Source of the DNA: Eledone cirrhosa
Taxonomy: Eukaryota
Reading direction: 5' to 3'
Length of the DNA: 64,000 bases
Assembly (NCBI GenBank): GCA_964016885.1
Contig: OZ024744.1
Location: 9,982,001 to 10,046,000 of the forward strand
In this document: in pieces, positions 10,923-22,537 of the stretch
Layout: every line of letters starts with the position of its first letter
Position numbering within the stretch: the first letter of the stretch is position 1
The notes under the pieces: generated by a model
What the model saw: only the letters and a program-made list of their open reading frames with translations
What the model was told of the DNA's origin: nothing
The model's database searches: none
Program-made: the position numbers and the translations under genes

Positions 10923-13900
10923 GCGCGCGGGGACAGAAATAATCGGGCTGGATGCCCGATCGCGCAGTTAAACCACTGGGAGTGAAGGACCCCTAGCCCT
11001 TGTCAGGGCATTCTTCTAGGAGAAGGCATCTCAGGAAACTGGGTTAACTCCGATATAAAACCTGCGGCCCAGTAGTTACCGATGATGTTGATCTTTTCTT
11101 CTTTTCGGGTTATAGCTACTGTCGCTCAGAGAGTGGGATTGGCTCAGTGCACAGTCTTTCCTCACTTTAAAAATATTCGTCACGCACAGGCATTGCACCA
11201 GTGCATTAATAATTATTAATAGTGTACTATTATTATTATTATTATTACTATTATTATTACTATTATTATTACTTTTTTTTTTGTTTCCAATTCAATGATG
11301 TTCCAGAACAATATAAAAGAGATAATTGGCAATTTAGGTTCTGGAACAAAAAAGATCATTGGCAATAAGGGCAGGGGCCCCAGGTTATCACAGCCTGGGC
11401 CCGCTCGTCATCGTGCCATTGTAATAGAGCCAAACAAGGCATTTAGTCTTGGCTGCTGGAACGTACGGACGCTGCTTGACAGGGATTCCTTGGGGCGTCC
11501 TGAACGAAGGACCGCTCTTGTTGCAAAGGAGCTTCGACGTTACGATCTTAACATCGTGGCTTTATCTGAGACGAGGCTAGCTGGAGATGGTCATCTTACG
11601 GAATTTTGTGGAGAATGTACATTCTTCTGGAAAGGAAGAGATGAAGGAACCAGAAGAGAGGCTGGGGTAGGATTTGCTGTTAAAACTGTGCTTGTGAACA
11701 AATTAGAAGAATTCCCAGTAGGGATTAGTGAGCGTCTTATGTCCATGAGAGTTCCGCTGGACAAAGGAAGATAAGCGACCCTGGTGAGTGTGTATGCTCC
11801 AACTATGAGTTCTGTCGATGAGGAAAAGGTGTCCTTTTACCATGCCTTGAAAGGTGTTTTAAGAAATATCCCTCAGGCAGACAAAGTCATCGTGCTTGGT
11901 GACTTTAATGCTAGAGTGGGTAGAGATTTTAACACATGGAATGTAATCGGAAGGCATGGGTGGGAAAGTGTAACAGCAATGGTATGCTCCTGCTGCAGAT
12001 GTGTGAGGAGCTGGATCTGTGTGTTACCAACACCATGTTCCAACAAAAGAACAAATTCAAGACCACATGGATGCATGTGGAATGGCATCTTTTGGACTAC
12101 GTCCTAGTCAGGATGCGTGACAGACAGGATGTGCAGTGTGTTCGTGTTCTTCGTGGAGCTGAGTGCTGGACGGACCACCGCCTGGTACGCGCAAAAGTGA
12201 AACTAATCACTAAACGTAAAATCCGGGCTTCTGGTGTTGCCCTGCCCAAAAGATTGAATGCTGCTCGTCTTAAGGATAAAAATGTGAAGAGGACATTGGA
12301 AGAAGAGATGCAGGCTGCAGATCTTGGAGAGGATTGGCCGACCCTTAAAAAGTCGGTTTATGATGTAGGCAGGCGTGTTCTGGGATTGGCGCAGAGGGAA
12401 CATCAGGACTGGTTTAATGAGAATGATGTATATATAGAAGACTTGTTGGCTGATAAGAGGCGTGCTCTGTCACGCTACTTGACGACAAAACCACAGGAGA
12501 GGAATACGTTGCATGAGGAACTCAGGGATGTAAAATCACGTGTTAGGCGGAGTCTTTCTCAGATGAAGGATCAGTGGTGGAGTGAGAAGGCTGGTGAGAT
12601 ACAAACAGCGTCTGATTCCAATAACACAAAGCTGTTGTACAGTCTCTTGCGTGAGGTTTATGGACCGTCTTCTCTGGTGACACCGCTTCGCAGCAAGGAT
12701 GGCAAAGAACTTCTTCGTGACTCACAAGGAATTCTACGAAGGTGGCGAGAGCACTTTGATGATCTTTTGAATCAGCCGTCTGTCGTCAGTGAAGATTTCC
12801 TCAATCTCATTCCGGAAAGTCCTGTGAAAGTAGCTCTCCCAGAACCTCCGACGCTTGTGGAGGTTGCAGTGGCTATTTCGAAGCTGAACAGTGGAAGATC
12901 TCCAGGTATGGATGGCATACATGCTGAGCTCCTACAATATGGTGGTGAGAGACTCCTGCAACATCTTCACTCTTTGTTTGGCAGGATATGGGCTAATGAA
13001 TCCGTACCTGAGGACTGGAGAGATGCAGTAATGGTGGTCTTGTACAAGGGAAAGGGTAACAGGAATGATTGTGGGAACTACAGAGGTATATCATTGCTTT
13101 CTGTCGTAGGGAAAGTTTTATGTAGGGTGCTTCTGGACGGTCTGCTGACACACATTGCAGATTGTGTTCTTCCTGAAAGTCAATCTGGTTTTCGTGCTGG
13201 ACGCGGCACTACTGATATGATCTTCTCAGCTAGACAGCTCCGGGAGAAGTGCATGGAACAAGGCTTGGATCTGTATCAGGTTTTTGTCGATCTGACAAAA
13301 GCTTTCGATACTGTTAACAGAGATGCATTATGGAAGGTTCTCCAGAAACTTGGTTGCCCTGATAAGTTCCTTGCTTTAGTTAGGTCTTTCCATGATGACA
13401 TGAAGGCTTAGGTTAATGTCGGAGGTAACATGTCGGAGCCTATCTCAGAAAAAAATGGAGTGAAACAGAGGGATATTCCAGCACCGACTCTGTTTGCCAT
13501 ATACTTTGCAATGGTTTTCTGTATTGCATTCATGAATTGCTAGCATGGTGTTTACATCCGATATCGAACCCCAGGCAGCATATTTAACATCAGGCGCTTT
13601 GCTGCGAAGACAAAAGTATTTACATCAATCACAAGAGACCTCTTGTATGCAGATGATTGCGATCTTGTAGCGCACACAGAGAGGGATATGCAGCACATTT
13701 TGAATGCATGTTCTGACGCTTGCACTGCCCTAGGTCTGACTGTCAGTCTCAAGAAAACCGTCGTCAGGTACCAACCTGCCCCTGGTAAGCAGTACACTGA
13801 ACCAAACATTTATGTGTATGGCAAACGACTTGGAGTGGTTGATCAGTTTGTCTACCTGGGAAGCACTGTCAATCGATACGGCAACCTTGACAGTGAAATC

Positions 13901-15716
13901 TCACTTAGGATTAGGAAAGCAAATGATGCTTTCGGAAAGCTAGAAAGGCGACTCTGGGGTCGGCGAGACATATGCAGGAGGACAAAGGTAAAGGTGTACA
14001 GGGCATGTGTGCTCTCTTGTCTTCTTTATGCCTGCGAGACCTGGGTCACATATTGACACCACCTTAAGCAATTGGAGCGTTTCCATCAGATGTGTCTCAG
14101 ACGGATCCATGGCGTTCACTGGAGGGACCACATCAGTGATGTCGAGATTTTGGAAAGCTCTCTGTGTGACAGTATAGAAGCTCTTGTGCTTAAGCAACGA
14201 CTCCGTTGGAGTGGTCACCTTGCCAGGATGAAGGATTCTAGAATACCAAAACAATTCTTTTATGGAGAGTTGGTTAAAGGAAAACAACCGCTATAAGGAT
14301 TCCTTGAGAGCCTCTCTGAAAGACGCTAACATCTCTGCTGATACATGGGAGAATATTGCTGCTGATCGTAATAAATGGAGAAAGACTGTATATGAGGGAA
14401 AAGTTGCCTTTGAGGCATCTCGAATCGCACACGAGAAAGTAAAGCGGGATGTGAGGAAGGGCATTGCTGTTGCACTTCCAGACGGCGAGGGTCCTCCTAT
14501 GGTGCTGACATGCAGCGTATGTGCGAGACTCTGCCTCAGCAAAGCTGGACTCGAAAGTCATCTTCGCAGTCATAAAGTAAGACCAGTGGTTGACTACCAG
14601 GCTGCTGTTGGAGATGCTACTCATCATGCTTGCCAAGCATGTGGTAGAGAATGTAAATCAGCAGGAGGGCTCAAGCGACATGCAAAAGTACACGAACTCC
14701 AACCACAGCCGACTATTCCCAGTAAATGTTTTGGTTGCCGACTCTGTGCAAGACATTTTAGATCATTGGCTGGGCTAAAAAGCCACATTCGATTGCAGCG
14801 CTGTTAGTTGCTATCGTGTGTGTGTGTGTAGATATGCTTATGTGTGTGCGTGTGTGTGTATATATATATTTATATGTATATGTCAGGTCACCAGTTGGTG
14901 CTACTGGTAACATGTATCCCAGTACAACCTGTCCCATGGTCGGGTCGTTGGCGACTAAACTGGCAACCCCACCAAGGTTTCTTGGTGAGGAGTGTGACTT
15001 TGGACATCCCGCAGGACTAAAAACAAAACCTGTCAAAGGGCAAAGGAGCTCTTAAGAGTCAATGGCCATCCAAAATCACTGGGAGAGATGACCCCTTAGC
15101 CTTTGTCAAGGCAGAATTCTAGGAGAAGGAAAACTCTGATATAACACCCGCAACCCTGATGGTATCCAATGATGTTGACTTGTTCTTCTTTTTGATAAAT
15201 ATCATCTTGGTTAAGAGAGTGGGACTGGCTTTGTGCAGTGCCTTTGCTCACTATAAAAGCTTCACGGCACAGGCATTGCTTTATATCTGGAGATCTATCT
15301 GCACTTGTCGTCACATGGTACCATGGGCCCAGCATTATGTGTCAATAATTGTCACAAGTGTAGTGTTTGTACCAGAGTTTTCAAGTCGCTGGCTGGACTA
15401 AAAAGTCACACTCGTTCAGCGCATCGGTAGGGGTCCTCCTACATGGATATAAAGTAGTGGCCGTACTCGAAAACGAGTTGGCAGCCACCATATGTATATT
15501 ATTATTGTTGTTGTCATTATTATTATTGTTGTTATTATTGTTATTAATGTTATTAATGTATGTGTGTATATGTGTGTGTGAGGGTGTGTGTGTGTGTATA
15601 TGTGTATGTATATGTATATATATATATATATATATTTTTATTTATTTATTTATTTATTATTTTTTTTTTTTCTCCTCGTGCAATGGCCATACTCGATAAC
15701 GAGGGGGCAGCCATCA
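10923..15716 (+). mobile_element. Near full-length BovB-like RTE LINE (APE + RT + 3 C2H2 fingers), pseudogenised, 3' UTR interrupted by microsatellites and a nested element
   Basis: APE motifs (GCWNVRTL, ALSETR, YAPT, GDFNARVG, TDHRLV), RT (FVDLTKAFDTV, LYADD, FVYLGS), RLRWSGHLARM; stops at ~11772, 13409, 13541, 14054; terminal stem-loop CTCG-ATAA-CGAG..GCAGCCATCAT at ~15685-15716. Confidence 0.88.
14882..15491 (+). mobile_element. Non-autonomous bipartite RTE derivative, copy 1
   Basis: ~15076-15280 resembles the RTE 5' UTR at 10973-11195; 15353-15430 encodes a C2H2 remnant; RTE-type 3' stem-loop; second copy at 35475-36084. Confidence 0.82.
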
Positions 15717-15848
15717 TATATATATGTATATATGTATATATATATTTATATATATATATGTATATATATATATTTATGGATATATATATATGTATATATA
15801 TATAAATATATATGTATATATATATATATATGTATATGTATATATATG

Positions 15849-15879
<31 letters not shown>

Positions 15880-15937
15880 GTATATATATATACATATAAA
15901 TATACATATATATATATATATACATATACGCATGTAT

Positions 15938-16275
15938 AAGCACATGGCTTAGTGGTTAGAGCATTGGGCTTGCAATCGAAAGGTTGCGAGTTCAATTCTC
16001 AGACCGAGTGATGTGTTGTTTCCTTGAGCAAGACACTTTATTTCACATTGCTCCAGTTTACTCAGCTGTAGAAATGAGATGATAGGGACTGGGGTCCCTA
16101 TCATTCCACTGCAAAGTGGCCGTGGATGTGCCACGGCAAAAAAGCACCCAGCACTCACTGTAAATGAGGTTAGTGTTAGGAAGGGCATCCCGCTATAGAA
16201 ATCAAGCCAGAATCAGTTCACATCCCACCCTTGCATGCAGGGAAAAAGCGGACATAAAATGGAATGATGATGATG
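15938..16275 (+). mobile_element. tRNA-derived SINE with RTE-derived 3' tail
   Basis: A box TGGCTTAGTGG (15945), B box GAGTTCAATTC (15988), CORE-like CCTTGAGCAAGACACTT; tail matches RTE family B 3' UTR and ends in GATGATGAT. Confidence 0.85.
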
Positions 16276-16331
16276 GATGTATATATATATATGTATATAT
16301 ATGTATATATATATATGTATATATACATAAG

Positions 16332-16424
<93 letters not shown>

Positions 16425-16433
16425 GTATATATG

Positions 16434-16464
<31 letters not shown>

Positions 16465-16523
16465 TTATATATATATTTGTATATATATATATATGTGTGT
16501 ATATATATATGTGTGTGTATATA

Positions 16524-17192
16524 TCTTATATATAAAGTGAAGTTGGGCGTTGTTTGGTGTACCCAACTTGCATGCTACACCGTTCATCCAATTTTCATGA
16601 AACCTCACACATATATAAAACTCAACGCGTTGAGTGGAATAGGCTACTTTAAAATTTCGAAAAATCGATAATCGGGACCCCAGAAGCCAAAAATCGATAT
16701 TTTCAAAAATCGATGAAACTCGACGCAAGTGTGTATTTTGATCCGGGGATAAACGTGCGCTACATTAAATTTTCGAAAAATCGATAATTGGATCACCAGA
16801 GGCAAAAATCAGGACAACTCTAACTTACTCTCTTTCCCTCTCTTCCACCTCACTGGCGCAGCCACACCTCCTGCCTGCTGATAAAATACATAGATAGATA
16901 AACACACATATATATAGTTTACATAATTTACATAAATCTTTCGTTGCACATCTGCAACATCGTCACTGGTGTTATTTTTTTTTCTTCCTGTTGTGTTGTA
17001 TGTCTACGCCATTTTTTATTCATATATTGTTATGTATATACTCTCTTTCCCTCTCTTCCACCTCACTGGCGCAGCCAAAACCTCCTGCCTGCTGATAAAA
17101 TACATAGATAGATAAACACACACATATATTGTTATGTATATATGTATGTGTGTGTGTATATATATATATATATATGTGTGTGTGTATATATA

Positions 17193-17239
<47 letters not shown>

Positions 17240-18478
17240 ATATATATGTCGTCCCACTGCATCGTCATGCCTCACCATGCCGTATCCATGCGCTGTCAGC
17301 CACCATGCCCTCCCCTTCCCTCTCCCTTACCCGCACGACTTGGTCCTTCACGAGTGCCATGGTTCACCATGCGGAATCCCTGCAACCGTCAATCCCGGCC
17401 ATCTCCCTTCCCTGCACGCCGTCGTCCCACTGCACCGTCATGCATCACCATGCCGCATCAATGCTCTGTCAGCCGCCATCCCCTCCTTGGCCCTTTCTTT
17501 TTCCTGCCCGCAGTGCTCCTTCAAGACTGCCATGGCTCACCATGCGGCATCCTTTCCACCGTCCACCCCTGCCCTCTTACTTGCCACCGTCCACCCCTGC
17601 CCTCTTCCTTGCCTGCTGGCCGTCGCCCCACTACATCTTCATGCCTCAGGATGCCGCCTCCATGCACTGTCAGCCGCCATCCCCTCCTCGGCCCTTTCTT
17701 TTGCCTGACCGCCGTGCTCCTTCAAGACTCCCATGGCTATCTATGCCGCATCAATTCCTTGCCACCCGCTTAAACGTCATCAGTATGGCTTATTGTTGCC
17801 TCATTTGATCACCGATTTTCGCAGGCTAAACACAATACCAACGTGCACGATAGTCCATGGTAAATCTTTTTAATTACATGTTCTTGAGGCTGTTGCAAAG
17901 GGCAATAACCCTAGACGCAATTTTGTTCAACATTTTTTCGCATATAGCAAATTTACCGGGACAGGTCTTTAGCTACTCAAATCTACTTCAGAGGTCACGC
18001 ATTCATGTAAAAAATCAATAAAACTGAAGCGGGGGTTCGACTTTGCGCAAAAAAAAAGGCAAAGTTGCAGATGGGATAATTTTTTACAGGAACGTCCGAT
18101 TTTCGTGAAAACTGTCGCAAATGAATCGTCCATTATGCCGCGATTCACATAAAGTCCCTTTTATTTCTTCTGCACATGTGAGCGCCAAAATTGTAAAAAA
18201 AAAATTTTTCGAAAAAATCGACTTTTTCAACCTGCTTTAAAAATCAACTGAAAATTCAATTTCAAGTTAATTTGACTTCCGTCAGTCTTGAAAAGAACAA
18301 TTTCAACGATACACTGTGAACCTACAATTGATCCATTATTTATGCGTATACTAACCTGTTTCTTTCCTTGAGGTTCGAAGGTTTTTGCACCTGTGATGCG
18401 CGGGAAGTAACTTTCGAACATTTTAACAACAGACCAAAGGTCGACTTACACCCGGGCAACGCCGGGTACTTCTGCTAG
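16524..18478 (+). mobile_element. Non-autonomous Helitron
   Basis: A|TC-TTATATATAAA 5' end; subterminal hairpin ACCCGG-GCAACG-CCGGGT (18450-18467); CTAG|T 3' end. Confidence 0.78.
17247..17770. repeat. C-rich imperfect tandem repeat (~3 units of ~170-200 nt) inside the Helitron
   Basis: GTCGYCCCACTRCA..CATGC..TGTCAGCCRCCAT recurs at ~17248, ~17421 and ~17622. Confidence 0.7.
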
Positions 18479-18515
18479 TATATATATATGTGTGTGTGTA
18501 TATATATATATATAG

Positions 18516-19587
18516 TAATAATAATAAATTTGGAGACTAAAATCCAAAGAGGGCTCGATAAGGATAAATATATATCAAATATATAAGAACCGTAGAGCAA
18601 ATATTTATTAAAATAACAGATTAAAGTTTAAGCAAAGAATCGCTGCTTTCACCCTTAACGGGATCTTCTGAAACTAACAAAGTCAATCTGTAAACACAGA
18701 ACTGGATATTTCGAAAAACGTTGCAACCGGAGGAAGACAGGAAGACGATACTTTGGTTCGTGGAAACGTTCGCTGGCTATGCAAATAAGTAAAGGTATAA
18801 ACAAAACATATACTTAGCTCCCACATCGAGACGTAAAATATCCACGTATAGATCGTACTATCCGTTAGGGTATAACGTGGGGCTGTAATACAGGAAAGTT
18901 TTGTGCAATTTATGTTTACAAGCCGAAATTGCCTCAGATTTTTTGTTTAAGATGTGGTCTGTGGCGTAGAGTATTTCCAGGGCCTCAGCGGCGCAGAGGT
19001 CACATGGTCTTTTATTTCCGTTATACGATCTAGCCCTAGCTAGGATCTCCCAGTGTAACTTATATTGGGTGTGGTTGTCTTTTAGACTCCAGATATAAGC
19101 TGAAAGTGACGTCATATTCCTTCTTAGAGGGTAACGAAAAGAATGGGTATGCATGTAAAGACGCTGCTTGAATATATTGGCGGTTAACCCTATGTAGGCC
19201 CTACGGGACGTGGGTGTTACAACCTTACATTTGTAGACAATGTTACTAGAGAGGAATTTCCCGGATAGGGGGCAATCAACCCGATTCCTACAATTACAGT
19301 TAGTACTAACTACAGGGTTGCACGTGTTCCTACGATCTATACGTGGATATTTTACGTCTCGATGTGGGAGCTAAGTATATGTTTTGTTTATACCTTTACT
19401 TATTTGCATAGCCAGAGAACGTTTCCACGAACCAAAGTATCGTCTTCCTGTCTTCCTCTGGTTGCAACGTTTTTTGAAATATCCAGTTCTGCGTTTACAG
19501 ATTGACTTTGTTAGTTTCAGAAGATCCCGTTAAGGGTGAAAGCAGCGATTCTTTGCGTAAACTTTAATCTGTTATTTTAATAAATAT
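18516..19587 (-). mobile_element. 5'-truncated Hydra-like PLE with inverted pLTR
   Basis: NCNCRNRVDCPL...IVYKC...YIGLT and ORF 18858-19154; ~18600-18860 is inverted at ~19327-19587. Confidence 0.85.
18625..18675 (-). ncRNA. Hammerhead-like motif with CAGAAGA core (inverted copy at 19513-19563)
   Basis: AGUUU-CAGAAGA-U-CCC(GUUAA)GGG-U-GAAA-GCA(...)UGC-UU-AAACU. Confidence 0.55.
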
Positions 19588-19603
19588 ACATATATATATA
19601 TAC

Positions 19604-19711
<108 letters not shown>

Positions 19712-19767
19712 ATATAAATATTTATATGTATATATAAATATATGTATATATATATATATGTATATAT

Positions 19768-20818
19768 AACTTTGAACTTTGTGCTGGGCCCACTTCTCTT
19801 CATCATCTATATTAATGACATCACTGACATCATCAAACACAGCAACATTAGAATTTTCGCTGATGATTCCAAGCTCCAAACGGTCATCAATGGCGTGGAT
19901 GACCGGATAAGCCTTCAGTCAGACCTACTGGCTGTTACCCAATGGGCGGAAAAGAACAACATGTTACTGAACGAAGACACATTCGAACTGATCAACTTTG
20001 GAAAAGAGGATGTTCTGAAACTCCCGTACTCCCTTCCCTCCGGGGAAACTCTCGTGGCATCTAACAACATCAGAGACTTGGGAGTAACCATGGACAGCAA
20101 CATAAGCTGGGCCACGCATATAAGCAGCAAAGTTGACATGGCCCGCAGAATGTGTTCCTGGATCCTCAGAACCTTCCAGTCGAGAGATTCCCACACCATT
20201 ATCCTTCTCTTCTCCACTTTTGCTCGACCACACCTTGAATACTGTTGTCCACTGTGGTCTCCCCACACGAAACAAAGTATCATGAAACTTGAAGCTCCCC
20301 AAAGGGCAATCACGAAAAAGATAGATGGCATGTCAGACCTTGACTACTGGGGTCGACTAGAAAAGCTGAAACTTTACTCACTCCAACGTCGCCGTGAGCG
20401 TTATATTATCTGCATGATGTGGAAAATGTTTCATCATCACTGCCCAAATGATGTTGGCATCACCTTCAAAATACACCCAAGGCTTGGGCCCCGTGCTATC
20501 CGTCCCATACAAAAATCTAAATCGCAACTCATAACAACAATACGGCACAATTATTTCACCTCAATTGGCCTTGCTCTCTTCAACATCACACCAGGACACG
20601 TCAAAACATAAACTGACCACACAAAATTCAAGAATTCCTCCAAGTAATCCCAGACAAACCACCCACACCCGGATATGTCTCCGCAAACAGTAATTCTCTT
20701 CTCGAATGGGCCATGGTGCCCAAATCCTGAATTGAAAGACTTCGCCAGGTGGTGCTATTAAGTTAGACATGGCCTGGGCCAATACTGGCCAAAACATTTC
20801 AAAGTTAAGTTCAAAGTT
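19768..20818 (+). mobile_element. 5'-truncated CR1/L2-group LINE
   Basis: ORF 19742-20611: [40 protein letters not shown]; short AAGTT-repeat tail. Confidence 0.88.
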
Positions 20819-20829
20819 ATATATATATG

Positions 20830-20862
<33 letters not shown>

Positions 20863-20905
20863 GTATATATATATGTATATATATATATAAATATATATAT
20901 ATATG

Positions 20906-21050
<145 letters not shown>

Positions 21051-21051
21051 G

Positions 21052-21099
<48 letters not shown>

Positions 21100-21103
<4 letters not shown>

Positions 21104-21450
21104 GAAGTGAGGTTTTTTTTACAAAATGAAAAATAACCGAGGTGTCCTACACGAGTGAAAGTATAAAGAAAAAGAGATGAAATCGAAAATGCAACAGGAG
21201 TCTTATTTAAAAAAATATATATATATTTATTTGGTTCCTTTACCGGTTTCGCAGTTCTTCTGCTTTTCAAATGGTGAGTTGAGATGGAGGGTCTTCTCAC
21301 AGATGTGAGAAAAACCACAGACCCTCCATCTCAACTCACCTTTTGAAAAGCAGAAGAACTGCGAAACCGGTAAAGGAACCAAATAAATATATATATTTTT
21401 TTTAAAAATAAGACTCCAGTTGCATTTTCGATTTCATCTCTTTTTTTTTA
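21100..21450. mobile_element. Fold-back PLE-type terminal unit, non-coding (U3-A8 hammerhead family)
   Basis: ~21165-21294 is inverted at ~21319-21450; unpaired tail at 21100-21165; same family as 28468-29408. Confidence 0.72.
21339..21376 (+). ncRNA. Minimal hammerhead motif with UUGAAAA core
   Basis: CCUU-UUGAAAA-GCAG(AAGAA)CUGC-GAAA-CCGG-UA-AAGG. Confidence 0.75.
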
Positions 21451-21540
21451 TATATATATATATGTATATACATATATATGTATATACATATATATGTATA
21501 TATATATATGTATATATATATACATGTGTGTATATATGTA

Positions 21541-21573
<33 letters not shown>

Positions 21574-21590
21574 ATATATATGTATATATG

Positions 21591-21664
<74 letters not shown>

Positions 21665-21734
21665 AATATGTATATATATATAAATATATATATATACATA
21701 TCACTTACAATATAAATATATATATATATATATC

Positions 21735-22527
21735 ACAGACAATGTCACTGGACCGAGATCTTTGGCGCTACACAGTGATAGAGAAGACCCGCCTTACCTA
21801 AGTACAAAGCGAAACCTACTACGGTCAGTAGGCACCTCTAACAAAATACACCCCCTTTCTACTACCCCCCCCCCATCCACACCACCCCTTTCAATGTAAA
21901 GTTATGTTGGTACCACAACATCCAGCCCGAAACAAATGAGGTCGTGTAGGTATCACGACAAAAAAACACACAGTCCACGCTGTAATGTGGCCGTGTAGGT
22001 AACACGGTAAAAACCTCCCAGTCCACACTGTAAACGTGGTTGGTGTTAGGAAGGGCATCCAGCTGTAGAAAACCCGCCAGACAGTCCACGCTGTAATGTG
22101 GCTGTGTAGGTAACACGGTAAAAACCTCCCAGTCCACACTGTAAACGTGGTTGGTGTTAGGAAGGGCATCCAGCTGTAGAAAACCCGCCAGACAGTCCAC
22201 GCTGTAATGTGGCCGTGTAGGTAACACGGTAAAAACCTCCCAGTCCACACTGTAAACGTGGTTGGTGTTAGGAAGGGCATCCAGCTGTAGAAAACCCGCC
22301 AGACAGTCCACGCTGTAATGTGGCCGTGTAGGTAACACGGTAAAAACCTCCCAGTCCACACTGTAAACGTGGTTGGTGTTAGGAAGGGCATCCAGCCGTA
22401 GAAAACCCGCCAGACAGTCCTATGTAAGCAAGACAACCACTCTTGCCTCAAGTGGGAAAACTCCTGTCCAAACCCATGCAAGCGTGGAAGATGGACGTTA
22501 AACGATGATGATGATGATGATGATGAT
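21735..22527 (+). mobile_element. RTE family A 3' end with four tandem 111-nt units
   Basis: ACAGTCC recurs at 21970, 22081, 22192, 22303 and 22414; (GAT)n tail. Confidence 0.9.
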
Positions 22528-22537
22528 ACATACATAT

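Noticed and set aside
15940-16010. Possible tRNA gene
   Set aside because: A and B boxes are present but there is no convincing acceptor stem, and it runs into a SINE body and tail.
17129-17808. Three overlapping 188-224 aa ORFs
   Set aside because: C-rich tandem repeat depleted of stop codons, with starts inside the microsatellite.
21970-22414. Regular array that might suggest CRISPR
   Set aside because: Units are near-identical end to end with no unique spacers, the context is a eukaryotic LINE 3' UTR, and there are no cas genes.
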